Virus record (IMG/VR): IMGVR_UViG_3300011113_000253
Span: 1 to 64,000 of that record
Strand: one strand, 5' to 3'
Length of the DNA stretch: 64,000 nucleotides
DNA from: a virus
Lineage: Duplodnaviria > Caudoviricetes
Made by a program: the position numbers and the translations under genes. Shown piece by piece: positions 30,000 through 39,508 of the stretch (positions within the stretch are counted from its first letter, which is position 1; every line of letters begins with the position of its first letter). The notes below the pieces were generated by a model. That model ran no database searches, was not told the DNA's origin, and saw only the letters and a program-made list of their open reading frames with translations.

Positions 30000-31036
30000 A
30001 AATCTTAACAGAACAACAAGTAAGACAAGTTATTCGCGAAGAACTTGAACAGTATCTTGTAAAAGAAGGTTTGATGAATCTTTCGGGTTTTAAGTTTTTC
30101 AAAAATCTTGCATTACCAGGAATTTTAATTGCTACAATTTTAAATTCTTTTGTTCAAACAGGCACTCAAGCTGCACAAGGCTTTGAATCCTTAAAACCAG
30201 ATCAACAACAAGTAGTTAAAGATGTGCAAACAATTGATGATTTATTAGATCAAGTTGGGATGAAAAGAGAAATACTTAAAGAATTAGAAAACCAATTAGA
30301 AAAAAAAGATCTTCAAAAAGCTGGTATTTTGTTCCAACAATTAAAAGAAAAACAAAAACAAATAATTAACGCTAAGACACCAGAAGAAAAAGAAAGATTA
30401 GAAGCTGAGAAAAGTAAAATCTTTAGCTCTAATAATTTTGAAGATCAAGAACAATTAAATAGATTTTTAGAAACAGGCAAAACAATTTTTAGATTTATAG
30501 AAAATGCTAAACCAGAAGAATTAGAAGCAGTTGGTAATTTAGATACAGAACAAGCATTATTAAAATTACAAGCTAAAGCAGCTAATTATGCTGTATCTTC
30601 TGGCGGCAGATCAAAGTTACTTGCAAGTTCTATTTCTAATGATTTAATAGCAATCAAAAATTATGTTTTAGAAACAGATTCTTCAATAGCACAAAATCCA
30701 AATGTTAAATCAAGTTTTGACATTGCATTGGCATACATACTAGACAAATACGGTGATGAAATTTTTAAATCAGATACTGTTGGCGATTCAAGTAAAATAA
30801 CTCCAATTGAAGTTATTGAATTTTTATCTAATAAAGGCGAGGTTGAATCAGAATTATTAAAATACTTTACAAAAGAAGGTTATGAATCATACAAGATAGG
30901 TCTTGAAGATGATCCAAATTATTTTATTACAAAAGATAAAGCACTACAATTAGCTTCTGGAATAAAATCGGTACAAGAAAATAAAATAAATAAACTAAGA
31001 CAAAGACTAAATGAATTGAGAGGTGTTTATGTCTAA
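29996..31036 (+). CDS. leader-tagged protein with hydrophobic segment after the leader
   Basis: MKILTEQQVRQVIREELEQYLVKE then FFKNLALPGILIATILNSFV; start corrected to 29996 (ATGA overlap). Confidence 0.55.
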   Translation: MKILTEQQVRQVIREELEQYLVKEGLMNLSGFKFFKNLALPGILIATILNSFVQTGTQAAQGFESLKPDQQQVVKDVQTIDDLLDQVGMKREILKELENQLEKKDLQKAGILFQQLKEKQKQIINAKTPEEKERLEAEKSKIFSSNNFEDQEQLNRFLETGKTIFRFIENAKPEELEAVGNLDTEQALLKLQAKAANYAVSSGGRSKLLASSISNDLIAIKNYVLETDSSIAQNPNVKSSFDIALAYILDKYGDEIFKSDTVGDSSKITPIEVIEFLSNKGEVESELLKYFTKEGYESYKIGLEDDPNYFITKDKALQLASGIKSVQENKINKLRQRLNELRGVYV

Positions 31037-31307
31037 GCAAAATACTCACGTTAATGTGAGAGTTAAAGAAAAGAAAGGTGAACCATTTGAGAGAATGGTC
31101 AAAAGATTCTTGAAAAAAGTTAAAAAAGAAAGAATCATAGAACAAGTAAAAGAAAGACGTTATTATGAAAAACCATCTGTAACAAAAAGAAAAGAAAAAC
31201 TTGCTGGTATTGCTAGATGGAAAAAAGCAGAAGCTGAGAAAAAACAGAAAGAATTGCAAAAAGAATCTAATTATAATAAACGTTTTGAAAAGAAAAAGGA
31301 AAACTAA
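31029..31307 (+). CDS. rpsU: phage-encoded ribosomal protein bS21
   Basis: GEPFERMVKRFLKKVKKERIIEQVKERRYYEKPSVTKRK matches the S21 signature; GAGGTG RBS. Confidence 0.88.
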   Translation: MSKQNTHVNVRVKEKKGEPFERMVKRFLKKVKKERIIEQVKERRYYEKPSVTKRKEKLAGIARWKKAEAEKKQKELQKESNYNKRFEKKKEN

Positions 31308-31309
31308 AA

Positions 31310-31744
31310 ATGTCAGCTAACTATCCTTATGGTGTAGGTATAAGCAATGTAGGTTCATATCAAGTTTCTGGTATACCTTATGCTACATCAAGTCTTGCAG
31401 TTCCATCAAGTGCAGGTACTCCAACAGAAGTAACTTTCCCAGATGTAACTCAAAGAATCTTTGTATCTAACATAAATACTGCTTCACCATTGAGAGTTGG
31501 TTTTTCATCCAATGGTGTAAAAGGAACAAATTATTTTATAATTCCTGCCGCAACAACTACAACAGTTTTTCCAACACAAGAGTTTAGAGTAAAAGTATCA
31601 TCAATTTTTATTTTATCAAACACAACAACACCAACAAGTGCTTCTGTGTTTGCTGAACTATCAAACATAGGTACAATACATTTACAAAACTCTGGCCCTA
31701 ATGGTGTTGGTAATAACTGGTCTGGTTCTATAGGGGTAGGATAA
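31310..31744 (+). CDS. putative virion structural protein
   Basis: GISNVGSYQVSGIPY N-terminus; beta-rich, S/T-rich. Confidence 0.5.
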   Translation: MSANYPYGVGISNVGSYQVSGIPYATSSLAVPSSAGTPTEVTFPDVTQRIFVSNINTASPLRVGFSSNGVKGTNYFIIPAATTTTVFPTQEFRVKVSSIFILSNTTTPTSASVFAELSNIGTIHLQNSGPNGVGNNWSGSIGVG

Positions 31745-31745
31745 A

Positions 31746-34151
31746 ATGAGTAGATTTGGTTGGGCTTATGTAAATTCTGAAATGACAGGGGCTGTAGCAA
31801 ACGGCCCAGACAAATCTATTCAATTTGCTTCTGGTTCTTCTCAAAAAATTTCTGGAAGTTCAAATTTAACTTTTGATTATACTACGAATACTTTATACCT
31901 AACTGGTACTTTAAGAGCAGATACATTAATTGTTTCTGCTTCCCAAATATTAAAATCTGGTTCAACAATATTTGGTGATAGTGTAGGAGACACACACCAG
32001 TTTACTGGTTCAGTTTATGTAGCTGGTATTGTTTCATCATCAACTGGTATACAAACCGCTGGTGCGATAACAAGTAATGGTGTTGTTTCATCTTCTACTG
32101 GTATACAAACTGCTGGTGCAATAACAAGCCAATCTATTGTTTCTTCGTCACTAGGGTTTCAAACAAATACAACAGTTCAAGCAGCAGGAAACATAACATC
32201 GCAAGGCATTATTTCTTCTTCTAATGGTTTTCAAACAAATTCAACAATTGATGCTGTAGGTAACATAAGAACAACTACTGGTGACCTTTCTTCTTCTCTT
32301 GGCATACAAACTGCTGGATTTTTAACTGTTGCTGGTGCTGGAACAATAAAAGGTGGATTAACCGTAACTGGTTCTTCTTTTGTTCAAGCACTTTCTTCAT
32401 CTGGTCAAATACAAGCAGCATCTTTTGCTGGTAATGGTCTTAACATTACAGGTGTTCAAGCCTATAATGTTGATGGCTCTGGTAATGATTGGTCAATACA
32501 ATTTAAAAATGGACTAACTGGAACTTTAACAGGTTCATCTAATTTGTTATTTAGCGGAAGTACTTTAACATTAACTGGTTCTATTCTTATGTCTGGTACA
32601 GCTTACATAAGTGAAACTGATTACATAGATTTTGATGTTTCTGCTTCAATACCATCATATAAAAATGGTAGAGTATTTTATGATACGGATACAGGTGATT
32701 TAGCTTATTATTTAACTTATGGTAATCAAAAACTTCAAATAGGTCAACAAACCGTAGTAAAAGTTAAAAACTCAAGTGGTTCCCCAATTTCTAAAGGAAA
32801 ACTTGTTCATATTATAGGTGGTGTTGGAAATAATCCATTAATTGCCACAGCAAGTTGGGAGAATGATTCAAATTCTGCAAATACATTAGGTATGTTAATG
32901 AGTACCGTAGCACATAATGATTTTGGTTATGTTTTATTGAATGGTGTTATTACAGATGTAAATACTGATCCTGCAACTTTTACCGCTGGTCAAGTTATTT
33001 ACCTTTCATCAAGTGGTGACTATACTGCTACCACACCAGTTGCACCAAAACATACAGTAAGGATTGGTGAAGTTGTTAGGGCACATGCAGTAGTAGGATC
33101 TATATTTATTAAGATAGATAATGGTTATGAACTTGATGAACTACACAATGTTTATATCTCTGGTCCATCTGAAGGTGATTTATTAGTTTATGATAACACT
33201 AATCAATATTGGAAAAACAATAAAGTATTATCTGGTTCTTATGTTGTAAGTGGAACATTAACTGTTTCTGGTGCTGCTACAATAAGAAGTGGACTAACTG
33301 TAACTGGTTCTTCATTTGTTCAAGCACTTTCATCATCTGGTCAAATACAAGCAGCATCTTTAAGAGGTGATGGTCTTAACATAACTGGAATTCAAGGTTC
33401 TAATGTTAGTGGTGTTGGAGATGATTGGACTGTACAACTTAAAAATGGAAGTACTGGAACTTTAACTGGTTCTAGTTTATTAAAATTTGATGCATCTGCT
33501 GCGACAAAAACATTAGCTGTTGTTGGCGATATAACAGCTACTAATATATCAGCTTCAACATTAATACAAGCAGGTAATTTTGCTGGAAATGGATTTTCTA
33601 TTACTGGCATACAAGGAACAAACGTATCAGCAATTGGTGCAAATGGGTCTGTACAATACAAGCATACAACTGGTGTTTTAACTGCTTCTAATAATTTAAC
33701 ATTTGATAATGGAACAAATACATTATTTATAACAGGAACAATAAATACTTCAACTGCTTCGATTGGCGTAGCATCAGTTAGCGGATTTACTACACTAGGC
33801 ACAACTTACGAAAGGGTATTGTTAACGTCCTCTATACCAGCAACAGTAACATTTGATACATCAACTAGATCAACAATGTACATAAATAACCCACCAGCAA
33901 ACTTTACATTAAACTTTACAAACGTTGCTACAACCGACCAAAGAGTGTCGGCGTATAATGTTGTAATTTCTCAAAGTGGTACACCTTACTCCGCTTCATC
34001 TGTTCAAGTTAATTCTACAGCTTCATCAGTTAAATGGTCTAACGCTGTTGTACCTGCTGGTACTGCAAACAGACACGATATATATGGTTTTAGTTTAATA
34101 AGATCTGGTAGTACTTGGGTTACATTAGGACAATTAAGTTCTTTCGGATAA
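31746..34151 (+). CDS. fibre-like virion protein with internal repeats
   Basis: SGSTIFGDSVGDTHQFTGS, short tandem repeats (SSSTGIQTAGAITS) and a duplicated block of about 60 aa. Confidence 0.65.
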   Translation: MSRFGWAYVNSEMTGAVANGPDKSIQFASGSSQKISGSSNLTFDYTTNTLYLTGTLRADTLIVSASQILKSGSTIFGDSVGDTHQFTGSVYVAGIVSSSTGIQTAGAITSNGVVSSSTGIQTAGAITSQSIVSSSLGFQTNTTVQAAGNITSQGIISSSNGFQTNSTIDAVGNIRTTTGDLSSSLGIQTAGFLTVAGAGTIKGGLTVTGSSFVQALSSSGQIQAASFAGNGLNITGVQAYNVDGSGNDWSIQFKNGLTGTLTGSSNLLFSGSTLTLTGSILMSGTAYISETDYIDFDVSASIPSYKNGRVFYDTDTGDLAYYLTYGNQKLQIGQQTVVKVKNSSGSPISKGKLVHIIGGVGNNPLIATASWENDSNSANTLGMLMSTVAHNDFGYVLLNGVITDVNTDPATFTAGQVIYLSSSGDYTATTPVAPKHTVRIGEVVRAHAVVGSIFIKIDNGYELDELHNVYISGPSEGDLLVYDNTNQYWKNNKVLSGSYVVSGTLTVSGAATIRSGLTVTGSSFVQALSSSGQIQAASLRGDGLNITGIQGSNVSGVGDDWTVQLKNGSTGTLTGSSLLKFDASAATKTLAVVGDITATNISASTLIQAGNFAGNGFSITGIQGTNVSAIGANGSVQYKHTTGVLTASNNLTFDNGTNTLFITGTINTSTASIGVASVSGFTTLGTTYERVLLTSSIPATVTFDTSTRSTMYINNPPANFTLNFTNVATTDQRVSAYNVVISQSGTPYSASSVQVNSTASSVKWSNAVVPAGTANRHDIYGFSLIRSGSTWVTLGQLSSFG
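32355..33475 (+). repeat. imperfect direct repeat of about 185 bp (32355-32540 and 33291-33475)
   Basis: Both copies encode GLTVTGSSFVQALSSSGQIQAAS..G.GLNITG...DW..Q.KNG.TGTLTGSS with high DNA identity. Confidence 0.85.
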
Positions 34152-34154
34152 CAG

Positions 34155-34667
34155 ATGTTAGGTAGACTTTCTTCAATTGTTGGACCATTAGGTAACCATC
34201 CAAAATCAAGAATAGGTTATAGATATTATCGTTTTAATACTACAAAAATTAGAGATAAAACAGCAGATCCAGCAAATGCAGAAGGTATTGTTCAAGTAAG
34301 CCAATTTGAGCTTATGTATTCTGGTGGATTTTTAAGCTATAGTGGCGCATCTGCTACTAATCCAGGTGGTACAAATCCAGCAGGCGAAGAACCAGATAAA
34401 GGGATAGATGGTTCTGTTGAAACAAAATGGTTGGATAGTAGTAATCGTGCTACTAGATCTTTAGTTATAGATTTTGGTTCTATTAGATTTGCAGATGCAT
34501 TCAGATTTGCTACAGGTAATGATGTAGACGGTAGAGATCCAGTTAGATGGACTGTGGATGGAAGTAATGATAACTCTAATTGGACTACATTACACTCTCA
34601 GTCTACAGACGCTTCAATAACTACAAGTAGAAAAACATACACTCAAATATTTTACTTTACAGCATAA
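34155..34667 (+). CDS. discoidin/F5-8 type C (galactose-binding-like) domain virion protein
   Basis: YRYYRF, DGSVETKWLD, ATGND..RDPVRWTVDGSNDNSNWTTL. Confidence 0.7.
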   Translation: MLGRLSSIVGPLGNHPKSRIGYRYYRFNTTKIRDKTADPANAEGIVQVSQFELMYSGGFLSYSGASATNPGGTNPAGEEPDKGIDGSVETKWLDSSNRATRSLVIDFGSIRFADAFRFATGNDVDGRDPVRWTVDGSNDNSNWTTLHSQSTDASITTSRKTYTQIFYFTA

Positions 34668-34680
34668 AATACATTTAAAT

Positions 34681-34688
34681 CTATTTAT
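34681..34688 (+). promoter_or_regulatory. putative late promoter (CTATTTAT), probably leaderless transcript
   Basis: ATG at 34694, no RBS between. Confidence 0.55.
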
Positions 34689-34693
34689 AGTTA

Positions 34694-35659
34694 ATGGCAC
34701 GCCAAAAAAAATCTAATACTGCTTGGAATCAACCAGCAACTCCACCACCACCTTTATTTACAGGTGAAAAAGAACGCAATCTTGTTAAACAAGTCAATGA
34801 CGAAATTATTGAAAGAGTCATTGGTCAACAGATTGCGTATTTTGCTATTGACATTGATCGTTCAAATTTTCATCCTCTTTATGGTGAAGCAATACAAAAA
34901 ACATTTCTTCCACCAGTTAGAGTTTATGCTCTTGTTAAATGGGAAGGTCAAACACAACTATTCACACAAAATATTGGTATAGATAAAGCAACATCTATAG
35001 AGATTCACTTTCACAAAAAACGCTTGACAGAAGACCAAGATTTGTTTGTTCGTGAAGGTGATTTTGTTTTATATGGTGACCGTTATTATGAAATAGTTTC
35101 TACAGCAGAACCAAAACAATTGTTTGGACAAGTAGAAAATAAATTTGAAATTGTTGCTAAATGTCAAAGGGCAAGAGAAGGAATGTTTAATCCTCAATTT
35201 ATTGCAGACACTATTCCAACAACAAGAGTTACAACTTCTACTTCTACTGGTTCTTCGTCAACATATACAAACCCATCTACAATTACTGTTGGTGGTTTGA
35301 TAGTTAATAATAACACAACTACAAATACTTTAACAGTATCATCAACTTCTACATTTAATGGTGCAATAGTTTATGGAAATGTTTTAGTTTCTGGAAGTTA
35401 TAATGTTCTTTCAACCGACTATTTAATTGGAGTTAATACAACTTCTGCAACAGCTTCAATTACTTTGCCTTCAACCACAACAACAACTGCTGGAAGAACA
35501 ATAATAATTAAAGATGAAACAGGTAATGCTACTACCAACCCAATTCACGTATCAGCATCATCTGGAGAAACTATTGATGGTTTGTCTGTATTCACTATAG
35601 ATTCTGATCATGGTGCAATTATTATCTATTGCACTTCAACTGGCTGGCACGTAGCATAG
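34694..35659 (+). CDS. head-completion/neck protein (gp14-like) fused to a fibre-type beta module
   Basis: N-terminal half HPLYGEA..KTFLPPVRVYALV, REGDFVLYGDRYYEI; C-terminal half ITLPS..IIIKDETG..TIDG. Confidence 0.6.
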   Translation: MARQKKSNTAWNQPATPPPPLFTGEKERNLVKQVNDEIIERVIGQQIAYFAIDIDRSNFHPLYGEAIQKTFLPPVRVYALVKWEGQTQLFTQNIGIDKATSIEIHFHKKRLTEDQDLFVREGDFVLYGDRYYEIVSTAEPKQLFGQVENKFEIVAKCQRAREGMFNPQFIADTIPTTRVTTSTSTGSSSTYTNPSTITVGGLIVNNNTTTNTLTVSSTSTFNGAIVYGNVLVSGSYNVLSTDYLIGVNTTSATASITLPSTTTTTAGRTIIIKDETGNATTNPIHVSASSGETIDGLSVFTIDSDHGAIIIYCTSTGWHVA

Positions 35660-35667
35660 GATTTTAA

Positions 35668-36234
35668 ATGGCTTATAAAGTTATCAAAGGTAAAAATAGA
35701 GTTACTGGTAGTCAAACTTTTATTGACGCACTATCTGGTTCTATAATCTCAGCTTCTTTTTTTGTAGGTAATGGTTCTTTATTAACAAACATTGCTGGTG
35801 GTGGTTCTGCAACTGGTGGTGGTCCTTTAACGGCAATACAATTTAAGACAGGATCTGCTGGAGAAATAAGTGGTTCTTCCGATCTATTGTTTGATTATAC
35901 AATACCAAAGTTTACCGCTAATTCTGGTTTTGTTGTAAGAAGAACTACAACATCTGGTAATTTGTCAATAACTGCTGCACAAAACATAATTGGTGTAAAT
36001 ACAGCTACTGCTACAGCGAGCATAACTTTAACTCTTCCAAACGCTTCTACTCTTTCTGACGGTCAAATGTTTATTGTAAAAGACGAAGGAGGAATGGCAG
36101 ACACTTATACAATTACTTTAAGTTGTTCTGTTTCTGGTCAAACAATTGATGGAGAAGGAACAGTAGTTATTGAGTCACCGTACTCAGCAGTAAATATTTA
36201 TTCAAATGGGTCAAATAAATACTTCATATACTAG
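35668..36234 (+). CDS. virion fibre/decoration protein
   Basis: C-terminal TLPNAS..FIVKDEGG..TIDG..VIESPY module. Confidence 0.55.
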   Translation: MAYKVIKGKNRVTGSQTFIDALSGSIISASFFVGNGSLLTNIAGGGSATGGGPLTAIQFKTGSAGEISGSSDLLFDYTIPKFTANSGFVVRRTTTSGNLSITAAQNIIGVNTATATASITLTLPNASTLSDGQMFIVKDEGGMADTYTITLSCSVSGQTIDGEGTVVIESPYSAVNIYSNGSNKYFIY

Positions 36235-36320
36235 ACCAGCACACTACTTACTAATGTAGCGCATAACTTAAATTTAATTGTTTAGTTATGTGTCTTTTTT
36301 TTTATAGGAGACAAAATAAC

Positions 36321-37859
36321 ATGGCATATAAATTTCAAAGGGGGCCTGCTGTAGCTTCTGGTTCTTTTACAGCAGAAGAAGGCTTAACTTCCAGTAATAG
36401 TCTTACAGTATCCGCTGGTACAGTTACATTACCAAACTCTTCTGTAGCAACAACAGCATTAGCAGCAAGTAGCGTAACTATAGGTAGTACTTCTGTTTCT
36501 CTAGGTGGAGTAGCAGCTACTTCATTAGATGGTTTAACAACAGTTGATACAACAAATATTGAAGTAACAAACATAAAAGCAAAAGATGGTACTGCTGCTG
36601 TTACCGTTGCAGATACAACTGGTCACGTTACCATAACAAACTTAACAGGAACAAGTGTAGCCATTAACGGTGGTGCAATTAACGGTACTACAATTGGTGC
36701 TACTACCCAATCATCCGTTAGAGCAACAACGCTTTCTGCTTCATCTACAATAACTGTAGACGGAGCAGCAACATTTAAAGGCGATGTAACATTAGGTGAT
36801 GCTGGTGCAGATACAATATATGTAAATGGATTGTTTACTTCATCATTAAATCCAAAAGTAAATAATGAAGGAAATGTTGGTGTACCAGGAAATTTATGGG
36901 CTGGTGTAAGTGCTACTGAACTTTCTGCTTCTAATAGAGTAAGAGCAGGCAATTCCATAACTGGTCAAACACTTACTGCATCTGTAGGTGCTACACTAGC
37001 TGCTACTGTAGTTACAACTATTACTGGTTCTAGTACCGCAACATTCCAATCTATGACTTCCAACAATGTTACAATTGGTGGAGGAACAATCAATGCAACA
37101 CCTATAGGTGGCACAACACAAGCTGCTGGTCAATTCACAACTCTATCAGCTTCAAGCAATTTGCAAGTTGGTTCATCAATAACTGCTTCTTCTGGAGTTA
37201 GAGTTTCTTCTGGTGGCGTTACAGTAACTGATGGTGGCTTGACAGTATCTCTTGGTGATTCATCTGTTCAAAAACTTACAGTCAATGGTGACTTAATTGT
37301 ACTTGGTAATACTTTCTCTGCATCTGTTGGTACATTAGTAATTGAAGATAAACAAATAGTTCTTGCCGATGGTGCCGCTGATCGTACTGTTGCTAATGGT
37401 GCTGGTTTCTTTGTAAGTGGTGCAAGTGTACAATGGACATATAAAAATGACGGTGAAGGCGCAGCAGCTTCTTCTAATGATATCTTTGTAGCTTCTAGCT
37501 CTGCTGGTCTTATCGATATTCAAGCAGCCAACTTCTATGGTACATTCAATGGTTCACTTGTTGGCTCAATGGCTTCAACAGTATCTGCTTCTGTTGGTGG
37601 TGCAACATTGGTTACTGGTGTTAACTACTTTGGTACTGTAGGTGGTGCTGTTTCTGTTACATTACCTGCCTCTGCTGGTTTGACCGTTGGTAATTCTGTT
37701 AAGGTTAAAGCAGGCTCAGATTGTAGTACAACAAACACAATTACAATTAACAAAGATGGTTCCCAAACTATAGACGGTGTAACTTTCGTAGTTCTTGAAT
37801 CACCTTGGGCAGCACTTGAATTTGTGTATGTAGCATCAGATACATGGAGAATCTTCTAA
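36321..37859 (+). CDS. fibre-like virion protein
   Basis: AGGAG RBS before ATG 36321; G/T/S/A-rich repeats (IGGGTINATPIGGTT); same C-terminal module. Confidence 0.65.
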   Translation: MAYKFQRGPAVASGSFTAEEGLTSSNSLTVSAGTVTLPNSSVATTALAASSVTIGSTSVSLGGVAATSLDGLTTVDTTNIEVTNIKAKDGTAAVTVADTTGHVTITNLTGTSVAINGGAINGTTIGATTQSSVRATTLSASSTITVDGAATFKGDVTLGDAGADTIYVNGLFTSSLNPKVNNEGNVGVPGNLWAGVSATELSASNRVRAGNSITGQTLTASVGATLAATVVTTITGSSTATFQSMTSNNVTIGGGTINATPIGGTTQAAGQFTTLSASSNLQVGSSITASSGVRVSSGGVTVTDGGLTVSLGDSSVQKLTVNGDLIVLGNTFSASVGTLVIEDKQIVLADGAADRTVANGAGFFVSGASVQWTYKNDGEGAAASSNDIFVASSSAGLIDIQAANFYGTFNGSLVGSMASTVSASVGGATLVTGVNYFGTVGGAVSVTLPASAGLTVGNSVKVKAGSDCSTTNTITINKDGSQTIDGVTFVVLESPWAALEFVYVASDTWRIF

Positions 37860-37894
37860 TCTAGAATTAAGTTCTGGTTTTATATTAGAATTTT

Positions 37895-37928
37895 GGAAGG
37901 CATCAGAGATGGTGCCTTCCTTTTTTTT
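37895..37928 (+). terminator. intrinsic terminator
   Basis: GGAAGGCATCA-GAGA-TGGTGCCTTCC followed by T8. Confidence 0.85.
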
Positions 37929-37937
37929 ATTTTATAT

Positions 37938-37945
37938 CTATTTAT
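37938..37945 (+). promoter_or_regulatory. putative late promoter (CTATTTAT)
   Basis: Motif immediately after the terminator; ATG at 37962. Confidence 0.55.
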
Positions 37946-37961
37946 TTTGAGAGAAAAAAAC

Positions 37962-38519
37962 ATGGCATTTGGTTATACAAGAACTGGTTCCGTACAAGTA
38001 ATAGGCGATATAGTTGCAGGCAGCGATCCACAAAGAGATACAAAAATAGATTTTTCAAATAATCAAATAGATTTTGTTGTTGGTGGTGCAACTGTAGTAA
38101 CAATTACACCATCACAATTTAGTGCATCAATTTTTGTTGGAAATGGTTCTTCGTTATCTGGTGTTGGTGGTGGAGGAGGCTCTGGTGACATAACAGCAGT
38201 AAACGCTGGAACAAATCTAACAGGTGGTGGTACAAGTGGTGATGTAACATTAAATCTTGCAAGTTCTATAAACTTAACTGCTGTTACTGCTTCGTTTAAT
38301 GGTAATGGCTCAAATATTACACAAGTAACATCATCTGCAATAAATGATACAACAGGCTCTTTTCCAATACAAGGAATAGAAGACGGACAATACTTAAAGA
38401 GATCTGGAAATAAAATAATTGGTGCATTTGTATTTTCTGCTTTTGTTTCTTTTGCAGTTCCTTTTGCTGGACAACAAATTGCACCAACATCAGTAACATT
38501 TTCTGGAACGGCTGTATGA
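37962..38519 (+). CDS. short fibre/adaptor protein
   Basis: GDITAVNAGTNLTGGGTSGDVTLN fibre motif; start corrected to 37962. Confidence 0.55.
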   Translation: MAFGYTRTGSVQVIGDIVAGSDPQRDTKIDFSNNQIDFVVGGATVVTITPSQFSASIFVGNGSSLSGVGGGGGSGDITAVNAGTNLTGGGTSGDVTLNLASSINLTAVTASFNGNGSNITQVTSSAINDTTGSFPIQGIEDGQYLKRSGNKIIGAFVFSAFVSFAVPFAGQQIAPTSVTFSGTAV

Positions 38520-39508
38520 GCTTACCTTTACCCGATTTAACATTTTATAGATTACCAGACGCTCAACCAGCAGCAGCAACTATTCAAGGTTTGCTCACAG
38601 CAGTTTATAATACTTTAACTTGTTCTGTAGATTATCGAGGAACGGCAATACCATCTACACATACATGGACTTGGGCTACTTCAAGCACTACTGGTCTTGC
38701 TGTTTATAGTACTGCATTACCTGCTGGATCTGGAAGAACAACCAATTTTGCTGTACTAGTTGCTGGCAATAACTCTGCCACAACACCAGCTTCTATGCTT
38801 ACTCCAGATACTTATACTAACTCTACTTCTGTTGTTGGAGTTATAAGAAATCCTGGTGCTTATTTACATTGGACAGGTTCTAATCCGTTCACAACAGGCG
38901 AAGAAATAGGATTATGGAATTTTACTGCTACAACAGCAAATGCTACTACAACAGTAGTTAGAAGTTACGTTTCACAAGAATCTGTGTTTGTAAGAGTTAT
39001 ACAAAACGGTACAACACAATATTGGTTTTATGGTGGAGCAGGAATAACTCCATATACTTCTAATGCAGATGGTACTGTTTTTACTGCCGAAAGAGATGAT
39101 AGAATTTTGTGTTTGTATACATCTAATACTGCTGGTATATCATCTACATTTGTTGCTGATAATACATTCAACGCACACAATGGAAGTATAAACCAAAATC
39201 ATGCTGGTTGTATTATGCCATTTACATATCCTCAAATTGTTACAGTAAACAATCCTTGGAGAAATGGTTTGGCTGCTACTGATGGTGAAAAAGATTTAAA
39301 TGGTAATTGGGTTCTTAGTGAAATGCCAGTAGCAAAATTAGTAGCACCACTTTATAGAATTGGTATGTTAAGGAACATATATGGACTAGGTAAAAATTTA
39401 ACAAACGCAACAAACACTTTAAGAAGCGGTTCTACCGATCTGTATCATATTCTATCTTATAACACAGCTTCAAGCTCACAATCTATTGTTTTAAAGGCTG
39501 CACCATGA
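38516..39508 (+). CDS. tandem paralog 1, putative receptor-binding/fibre tip protein
   Basis: LPLPDLTFYRLPD ... DYRGTAIPSTHTWTW ... SQE ... DDRI ... LKAAP shared with the next two ORFs. Confidence 0.6.
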   Translation: MSLPLPDLTFYRLPDAQPAAATIQGLLTAVYNTLTCSVDYRGTAIPSTHTWTWATSSTTGLAVYSTALPAGSGRTTNFAVLVAGNNSATTPASMLTPDTYTNSTSVVGVIRNPGAYLHWTGSNPFTTGEEIGLWNFTATTANATTTVVRSYVSQESVFVRVIQNGTTQYWFYGGAGITPYTSNADGTVFTAERDDRILCLYTSNTAGISSTFVADNTFNAHNGSINQNHAGCIMPFTYPQIVTVNNPWRNGLAATDGEKDLNGNWVLSEMPVAKLVAPLYRIGMLRNIYGLGKNLTNATNTLRSGSTDLYHILSYNTASSSQSIVLKAAP

